NCBI GenBank assembly: GCA_039208735.1
Contig: JBCCQY010000064.1
Span: forward strand, 1-44,276
Reading direction: 5' to 3'
Length of the DNA stretch: 44,276 nt
Source: Myxococcota bacterium
Lineage (GTDB): Bacteria > Myxococcota_A > UBA796 > GCA-2862545
How positions within the stretch are numbered: the first letter of the stretch is position 1; every line of letters begins with the position of its first letter. The position numbers and the translations under genes are program-made. The notes below the pieces were generated by a model. The model did no database searches, had not been told where the DNA came from, and saw only the letters and a program-made list of their open reading frames with translations. This document shows positions 9,282 through 16,200 of this stretch, one piece after another.

Positions 9282-10727
9282 ATGTGGTTCTTCGTCGTTG
9301 GCGCGCTCGCGGTGGCGCGGCCGGAGTGCGAGACTCCCTGGCATCGGGCACTGCCGGAATCCCTCGCCCGTGCCTTGGCGGAAGGTTCGCCAGAGCGTCG
9401 GGAACAGGCTCTCAACTGGCTGCGCGAGGACCCTGACGATGCCGACCGGTGGGTGGCGCTGGCCCGGGCTGGAGGACGGGCCGCAGAGCGCGTCTGGGCG
9501 CTCCGAGAGGCTCAGGACCGCAATCCCGAGCATGTGATGGCCCAGATTGAGGCGGCCGATCAGGTTTGGAGGGAGGGCCGATCGTCCGAAGCGCGGACGA
9601 CCCTCGAACAACTTGCCTCGCACGAAGGCTATTCGTTCGAAGCGTCCTTTCGTGTCGCGTTGGTCGACCGGGACTCCGAAGCCCTGAAAACGTTGTTCGA
9701 TCGGTGCCCTGGACGAAGCGATGTGGCGCTGGCATGGGCAGACCGTGTACCAAGTGAAGAAGCGAAGGATGGGCTCGAACAATCGGGGAATGTGCAGGCG
9801 GCGGTGGTTCGGCGGCAGGTGGAGTTGGCCGTGATGACGGAGACCGTCCAGCCTGAGGCGGCCCTTGAGGCCCTGACCGCATCGGATGCGGCGACCCAAC
9901 GCCTCCGCGGCTGGGTGTTGTGTCTGAATGCGGGCACCGTGACCGCCCGCGACGTGGCCAGCTTCTGGGCTCAACGTCGGGCCAAGGCGGTGGGCAACGT
10001 ACCGGAAGGGAACGTTTTACCTTCGTTGAATTGTCCCGTCGCGCGACAGCGTCCCAAGGCGGAACCGTGGGACGATGAGCCCTTCGTGCGTCCCTTCATC
10101 GAAGGGGTGGACTCGGACATTCCCGAAATCGTGGTCATTGCGGAGGGGCCCGATGCCTTGCGGGACAAAGTGCGGGCCAAGCTAGAGGAGCTTGGGTACC
10201 AGAAGGGCCGACGCAAGGGGGACCGGGTGGTGTATCCAGCGGATGGCTTGGCTCGTCCCAAGGTCGTGCTCTACGACGATGGGGCCTTCAAGATCGAAGC
10301 GGTCACGGTGGTGCCCCCGAAACCTGAAAATCCCCAGATGTCGATTGCGAGTCCCCGCCAACGCCGCGACTCTCGTGCCCAAATGATGGAGGAACTCGGC
10401 GGTGAGTTACGCGCGTGGCGGACGGCGGTGTTCGACCAAGCGACGATCGAGCAGTTGCCGCAACGCTTGGGCCGTCGGCTCGATCAGATCTGGAAGCAGG
10501 GTGACGGTCCCGAAGGACCGTTGCTCGCCTGGAGCCAGCGCCGGCGCGCGTTGCTTGACCTTTGGGGGAGCCGCGCATGCGATGGGCTCGGAGTGCGGGC
10601 CCGGCAGATCATTGAGGCCTACTTCGATCTGGTTGTCATGGCGTCAGACCATCCGTTCACAAGCCATGAGGTGGCAGCCGTCGATTCGGCTTGCCAGGGT
10701 CGGCTCGTCGTGGCTGGAGCCGAATGA
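9282..10727 (+). CDS. Secreted hypothetical protein with TPR-like N-terminal half
   Basis: 481-aa ORF with signal peptide MWFFVVGALAVA and helical TPR-like repeats (DPDDADRWVALARA). Confidence 0.75.
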   Translation: MWFFVVGALAVARPECETPWHRALPESLARALAEGSPERREQALNWLREDPDDADRWVALARAGGRAAERVWALREAQDRNPEHVMAQIEAADQVWREGRSSEARTTLEQLASHEGYSFEASFRVALVDRDSEALKTLFDRCPGRSDVALAWADRVPSEEAKDGLEQSGNVQAAVVRRQVELAVMTETVQPEAALEALTASDAATQRLRGWVLCLNAGTVTARDVASFWAQRRAKAVGNVPEGNVLPSLNCPVARQRPKAEPWDDEPFVRPFIEGVDSDIPEIVVIAEGPDALRDKVRAKLEELGYQKGRRKGDRVVYPADGLARPKVVLYDDGAFKIEAVTVVPPKPENPQMSIASPRQRRDSRAQMMEELGGELRAWRTAVFDQATIEQLPQRLGRRLDQIWKQGDGPEGPLLAWSQRRRALLDLWGSRACDGLGVRARQIIEAYFDLVVMASDHPFTSHEVAAVDSACQGRLVVAGAE

Positions 10728-10758
10728 CGTTGTAAGCTACAGACCACGCGTCGTCTGC

Positions 10759-11310
10759 ATGGCTGGATGTGCCTTGGTTCCAAACCTACGAGACGTGGCA
10801 GAATCCGTGGAACTCGTGGCCGAGCGGCCGCTCCTCAGACCCGGTCTTCTGTTTCGCGGTGGGACGGTCAACCGGTTGTTTGACGAAACCGAGCTGCCTC
10901 CCATCGAGACCATCCTCAACCTTCGCAAAGGTCCGGATCGGTTGTTTCGGGGCGTGGTCAACCTCCACCATCCCGCCCAGGATCGAAAAGACAACTACCT
11001 CACGTCTGCATCGAGCGTTCAGCGCTGGCTGCAGGAGGGCCTCGTCAAGGTGACCCAGGCGAGATGGCCCTTGCTGGTGCATTGCACGAGTGGTCGGGAC
11101 CGTACCGGCGTTTTCATCGGACTGGTGTTGTTTGTTGTAGGCATTGAGCCTTCGATCATCATGGATGAATACGAACTGTCGGACGGCGTGACGGCCGGAC
11201 ACCGGCAACTCTTCGCCAAGAGCTTGGATGGGTTCACGGCCCACCAAGGCTGGCTTGTACCTGAACTTGCAACGGCACTTCGACGCCGTTTGCGCCTCGA
11301 CGAGGCCTAA
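10759..11310 (+). CDS. Tyrosine/dual-specificity phosphatase (Y_phosphatase3 / PtpB-like)
   Basis: PNLRD, LFRGG, ILNLR, CX5R loop HCTSGRDRTG and IMDEYELS. Start placed at ATG 10759 because the upstream part of the ORF overlaps the previous gene. Confidence 0.9.
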   Translation: MAGCALVPNLRDVAESVELVAERPLLRPGLLFRGGTVNRLFDETELPPIETILNLRKGPDRLFRGVVNLHHPAQDRKDNYLTSASSVQRWLQEGLVKVTQARWPLLVHCTSGRDRTGVFIGLVLFVVGIEPSIIMDEYELSDGVTAGHRQLFAKSLDGFTAHQGWLVPELATALRRRLRLDEA

Positions 11311-11367
11311 AGGTCCGGGTCTCCCCCTCTGCCCCCCCGAAAACCCAAAGTAGTTTTGGAAACCGAG

Positions 11368-11394
11368 CATCTTCATCGCAAGGAGATGAAGATG
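11368..11394. terminator. Perfect 10-bp hairpin between convergent genes, possible terminator or RNA stabilising element
   Basis: CATCTTCATC-gcaagga-GATGAAGATG lies between the stops at 11310 (+) and 11448 (-). No clear U-tract. Confidence 0.4.
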
Positions 11395-11447
11395 TCTACG
11401 ACTCTCGCGTTGGTACTCATCGGTAATCCGGGTCAGCTGTCCATGAA

Positions 11448-12296
11448 CTACGGGCTGTCTTCCGCGAAGGTTCGTGGGTCCTCGACGCTGTCGGAGTAGA
11501 GGCTGACGGGAAACACCGCCGTGCTGATCTGATACACCCGATTCGGAGATTCCTGGGCGGACGCCGAGAGTGTCTGCACGACGACCTCCTCGAATCGGTT
11601 TTTCAATTCCTGAAAGTCGCTCTCGGAGAGGGCCAGGCTGGCTCCGAGGAAGAGGCGGTCCGAGGGGGGCACCGTGGTCAGCGCTCGCTTCGCGAGTTCC
11701 AGCGATAAAAGGTGGTATTCGGCGATGTCGTTGGATTTCCTGCCGGGCTCGACCTCCCGATCCGTCCCTGCGTCCGGCGCATCGGCCACCAAACGAAAGT
11801 CCGCATCGAGGTAGCCGTACGTCGTCAGGCAACTCAACGCGTGATGGGCCTGGTCGACGGTAATGCGCGGACGCAATGTTGCTGCGACCCAACCGGGATC
11901 AGCTTGGTACTCCTCGCATCGGGCCAATTCAAGGACCGCCCCGATGTGCCAAGCACTCAGCTGTCGCTGGAATTCCGGTCGCGTCACGCTTGCGACCTCC
12001 GGCTTGCGAATGCCGCTCAACAGACGCTGGGCCCGTCCTCGAATGATGGTGGAATTGCCCACCTCGCGTTCCACCAACGAAAGAAACTCCAACCGTTTGC
12101 GTTCACTGAAGTCAAGCGCATCTGCACAGCGCTCGGCGAGTTCTGGGTCAAGTTTGCGGCGGCCGTTGAGAATTTGGCTCAGCCAAGCGGGGGACATCGC
12201 CATTTTTCGCGCGAGTGCGATTTGCTTGATGCCCAGTTCCTTCAGGGCATTTCGTAGATACGCTCGATAGTCGGAGAAATGGGATGTGGCACTCAT
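11448..12296 (-). CDS. TIGR02147 family protein (XRE-type HTH plus DUF4423-like domain)
   Basis: N-terminal FSDYRAYL and HTH (LARKMAMSPAWLSQILNGRRKL). Family motifs WHIGAVLELA, DPGWVAATLRPRIT and RVYQISTAVFPVS. SD GGAGG upstream. Confidence 0.88.
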   Translation of the reverse strand: MSATSHFSDYRAYLRNALKELGIKQIALARKMAMSPAWLSQILNGRRKLDPELAERCADALDFSERKRLEFLSLVEREVGNSTIIRGRAQRLLSGIRKPEVASVTRPEFQRQLSAWHIGAVLELARCEEYQADPGWVAATLRPRITVDQAHHALSCLTTYGYLDADFRLVADAPDAGTDREVEPGRKSNDIAEYHLLSLELAKRALTTVPPSDRLFLGASLALSESDFQELKNRFEEVVVQTLSASAQESPNRVYQISTAVFPVSLYSDSVEDPRTFAEDSP

Positions 12297-12341
12297 GTCG
12301 TTCCCTCCTAGGCCCGATCAAGGAAAACCAGGAGACAACCC

Positions 12342-12374
12342 ATTCACAACCCCATTAATTCACAACTTGTGAAT
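12342..12374. promoter_or_regulatory. Candidate operator: palindrome ATTCACAA-C-TTGTGAAT plus an extra ATTCACAAC half-site
   Basis: Perfect 8-1-8 inverted repeat at 12358-12374 and a direct half-site copy at 12342-12350, 46-78 bp upstream of the TIGR02147 start. Confidence 0.6.
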
Positions 12375-12426
12375 ACTCCCAAACACCTTGGGGATTCGAG
12401 TTTACCCCACTTTGAGCCTGACCATT

Positions 12427-13056
12427 TCATGACGGTAGGACGGCCACCAAATCTGGAGGGACGTCGAGGTCGTAGGCGGCCCGGGCCGCGAGTCCGGTGG
12501 GGGTCCAGTAGATCAATTCCTCATCATCGCGCTGGAACACGCCATGGCGCAATGGCGCTTCCCAAACCAAGTCGGTGACCCCAAGTGCGGTGAGGACGTC
12601 CCAAATTGGAACCGTGCCATCCGCGCGCAGTCCGGCCTGGAGGGAAGCCATGATCGAGATTCCATCAGGATGGTCGTCGAGGACCAGGTTGAATGCTTCG
12701 TCGATGGCCAATCGGTAGGCCCCGTCCACCTGGCGGGGAGTGCGCAGGGGAAGCGTCAACTCGTAACCGTCATCTCGAATGGCGTCGATCTGCGGTTGGC
12801 TCGGGTATCGAAAGACTTCCCAATTGCCGTAGCGTCCAAGCGGCAGGAGGCCACGTTGCAGGGCGTGCCGCCGAAGGACTTCGCCGTAGAAGGCGCCCCA
12901 CGGGGAGGCGATGAGTTCGCGACTATAGCAGGTACCAAACTGATTCTGCTTGCGAGCATCGTCCTCTGGTTTCAGCAAATACGGCGCCAAGTGCATCCAC
13001 TGGCCCTGCAAGGACACCACAGGGGCGCCAGACAGAAAGCTTTTGGGCAGGCTCAT
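12427..13056 (-). CDS. Hypothetical cytoplasmic protein divergent from the large toxin-like gene
   Basis: 209-aa ORF with ATG and upstream GAGGA, globular composition, no recognised family. Confidence 0.72.
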   Translation of the reverse strand: MSLPKSFLSGAPVVSLQGQWMHLAPYLLKPEDDARKQNQFGTCYSRELIASPWGAFYGEVLRRHALQRGLLPLGRYGNWEVFRYPSQPQIDAIRDDGYELTLPLRTPRQVDGAYRLAIDEAFNLVLDDHPDGISIMASLQAGLRADGTVPIWDVLTALGVTDLVWEAPLRHGVFQRDDEELIYWTPTGLAARAAYDLDVPPDLVAVLPS

Positions 13057-13200
13057 GGGGTATCCTCAAGCGATATGTAAGGTTTGAGTTACGGCCCTGG
13101 GAACAGTGGATGTTGCAAGGCGAAGCCGAGTTCGGTACGGCCGTGCTAAGCTCGCTCGGAGCTTCGGCGTAAAGCTTTCGGCCCTCCTTATCGGAGCGAC

Positions 13201-16200
13201 ATGCTTAAGCACCGGCGAAACCAAGGTCATCTGCAATCCGAAACTCGGGAGGCGGTCAACGCACCGGATCTAGGCTCCACCGCGGGATCCAGCAATGGCG
13301 AGTTCGCGGAATGGGTGGGGCAAGGCGACCTGGAGGACGACGCTCTAGAAAGCGAGCCGTGGTGGGCTCAAAGCGTCGAGGCCGAAACTTCGACGGAAAC
13401 CGTCATTGACGATCCTGCGCCGGAAGTGGACGGCGACCAAGCCTTGACCGAAGTGATTCCCGACCATGGGGGCGATGGGGATGGCGGGGCCGAAGATGAC
13501 GAAACGGGAGGAGCTGGCGATTCTGGAGGGGGCGGGGCACCGGGAGGCGATCCCGTGGAGCCCCCACCGGCGGACCCGGGGGGAGGCGGGGCTCCAGCCC
13601 CGTTGGATCCAGGCGGGGACGGAGGCTCCACCGCAGAGCCCCCACCCATCCCCGTGGGCGCCGCGGTTGCCATGGCCTCGGTCGGGGTGACCTTTCGACC
13701 TGCGGCCTTCGAACCTCCCGCCGTCGCAAGTATGCGGGTCGCGTCCGCGGCGATCCTCACCCGGTTTCTGACGGACAACGCCCTGCAGGTCGAAGCGCTT
13801 GCGGTTCGAGGCGAGGAGGTCGGGGCCCAGATTGACGCGTCGGTACAGATTGCCGCATCGGCCATCGATGCGGCCATCGCCGCCCAAGTGTCGTTGGTTC
13901 GACAAGAGATTGGCAACGCACGAGCCACAACGGAGGAGCAGGCCCAAGGGTTGCGAACTCACATCGCCGCTGAGCAAGAAGGGGCCAAGGTCAATCTGTC
14001 CGCCAATGTCGAGGCCGCTCGGCAGGAGGTCGCCACTGCCTTTGATGCCGCCGTGGTCGTGGTGAACGAAAAGGCGATGGTGCACCGGGGTAAGGTGGAG
14101 GGAAGCTACGCGACGTCTGCCGAGGTGATTCGGGGAATGGGACCCGAATTTGGCGAGAAGGCGACGGCGCTGGGGAGTCGACGGGCCAAGGGGTACCGAG
14201 ACCAGAAGAACGGAGAATCGAACTGGCAGGATGGTCCCATTCATGACAATCGGATGGAAGCCAGCGCGAAAGCGGCGGAACAGGTCGGCAAACAGTATTC
14301 GGAAGGCCTGTCGAAGGAAGGAGAAGGTCAAGCCACCGCCCTTCTTGAAGGCAGGACTCGGGATCACGAACTGGGCGACTCGATTTCCACCCAACTGGAA
14401 GGGATGCTCGACGAGCAGCGAACCACGGCCACCGATACGCTGACGGACTCCGAGGTGGAGGGCCACAAGGCCGTCGACCAAACGTCCACGGCGCTGACCG
14501 GCTCGGTGGATGCCCGCGCGGAGGGGTGCCTGGCGGAGCTTGCGACCTACGAGGCCACGCTGCCGCAACAGGTCGAAGACTACGGCGCTCGCCAGCGCGA
14601 TGCGTTGGTCGGGCAAGCGACGGATGCTCGGGTGGCGATGACGCAGGGGATTGCGGAGGCCGTCACCACGCTCACCGAAGTCCTCGGCCTCGTACAGGCC
14701 AGCTTCAACGGGCACGAAGCGCCCGATCCGCTCACCCTGTCCGCCGATCTCGCGACGGCCCAGGCCGAGCTTGATGCTCAGCTCATCTTGGCCCACGAAC
14801 AGGTGAACACGGGGTTGGCGTCCGCCCTTGAAGCGATCGGGGATGGCGAGTCCACGACGGTGGGACGCATCGAAGAGCTTGCAGACACCAGCACAACCCA
14901 TGCCCAAGGGTTGGGAGAGCGCTTCGAAGAGTGGGCCTCCCAGCTCTTCGAGGGCACGACCAAGACACTGGGCACGGTGGTCGAGGAACACCGGAAGTCC
15001 GTCGAAGCGGTTCGGGACAACGCCAAGACGGGCCTCCTGGATGCGGCCAGTGGTGCGGAGGCGGTGTTTGGCGAGGTGCACGGGCAGCTCGACAGCCAGC
15101 TGGATGCCTCTCAAGGGGCCCTTCGCGAGGGCCTGCAGGGAGCGCTCGACAAGGAAGACAGCGACATCACCGAACATGCCAAACAGGCCGCGGCACAGGT
15201 CCAGCCTCGATGGAAGACGGTGCTCAAGGTCGTGCTGGTCATTGCCGTGTTGGTGGTGGTCGCGTTGGTCGCCGGCCCGCTAGTCATCGGCGCTGTAGGG
15301 AGCTTGGCGACCGCATTGGGGGCGTCTGCGGCCGCCTCGTCGGTGATTGCCGCCGTGGTGGGCGGCGCCATCGTGGGGGCCGGCGCAGGCGCGGTCATTC
15401 AGATGGGCAACAACCTTATCGACGGCAAGTCGCTCTTCGATGGGGTTGTCAAGGCCATGATCGTGGGGGCCATCGGCGGTGCCTTCGGGGGAGCCGGTGC
15501 CGCCTATGCCACCGGCTTTTCGAGTGCGGCGGCCCGCTTCTTCATCGAGCTGGGCATTGATGGCATCGGGGGGGTGGTCGGAGACCTTGTGGTGGGCAAC
15601 CCCATCACGCTGCAGAGCATCCTCATCGGAATGGGGATCGGGGTCGCGATGGGGCAAGCGGTCCGGGTCGCCGGCATTCTAAGGCCGAAGGTCAAGGCGG
15701 ATGCCGACGTTGATCCGAATGTACGGCCCGAGGTCGACCCTCCGGCGGTGCGACCCGAGGGCGAGGTGCCCACGAACACTCGTCACATCGACGAGCCCTC
15801 GGCGCGGACCGATGACGTGGATGCCACCACCGGCCGGGCGATGGCGGATGGTCCGCGAATGGAGGTCGAGGCTCACACCATTCAGGGTCGAACGGAGACA
15901 GTGCGGTTTCGTGACCTGTCGGGCAGGGCCCAAGGCTTGGTCCGTAAGCTCGAGACGGATGGCGCGATCCGCATCGATTCCATCGAGCCTGACGACCTCA
16001 TTGCGATCTCCAAGTTCCTCAATCGCGAAGTCGCGGTGGTGCAGCACGTCGATTCCCAACAAATGCGTGTGGTGGTGGGGACGGGGCGCACGATTCCCGC
16101 ATCGGTGGTCAAGCCGGGTGAGGTCTACATCAGCCACACCCATCCGACGTACACGTCGACCCGAGACCATTTCACGACCGACCTGGCCAATACCCAAGGC

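Noticed and set aside
10402..10758. N-terminal extension of the phosphatase ORF
   Set aside because: It overlaps the 9282-10727 gene in another frame. Family motifs begin only after ATG 10759.
11311..11345. Possible tRNA 3'-end or att-site fragment
   Set aside because: No TTCGA T-loop, no CCA end, and no integrase or second copy in the window.
13345..15177. 610-aa antisense ORF, and similar long shadow ORFs (22148-23320, 33606-34748, 35660-37132, 38373-39473, 39658-40674)
   Set aside because: They lie opposite well-supported genes and have no recognisable motifs. Long antisense frames are expected from GC-rich codon bias.
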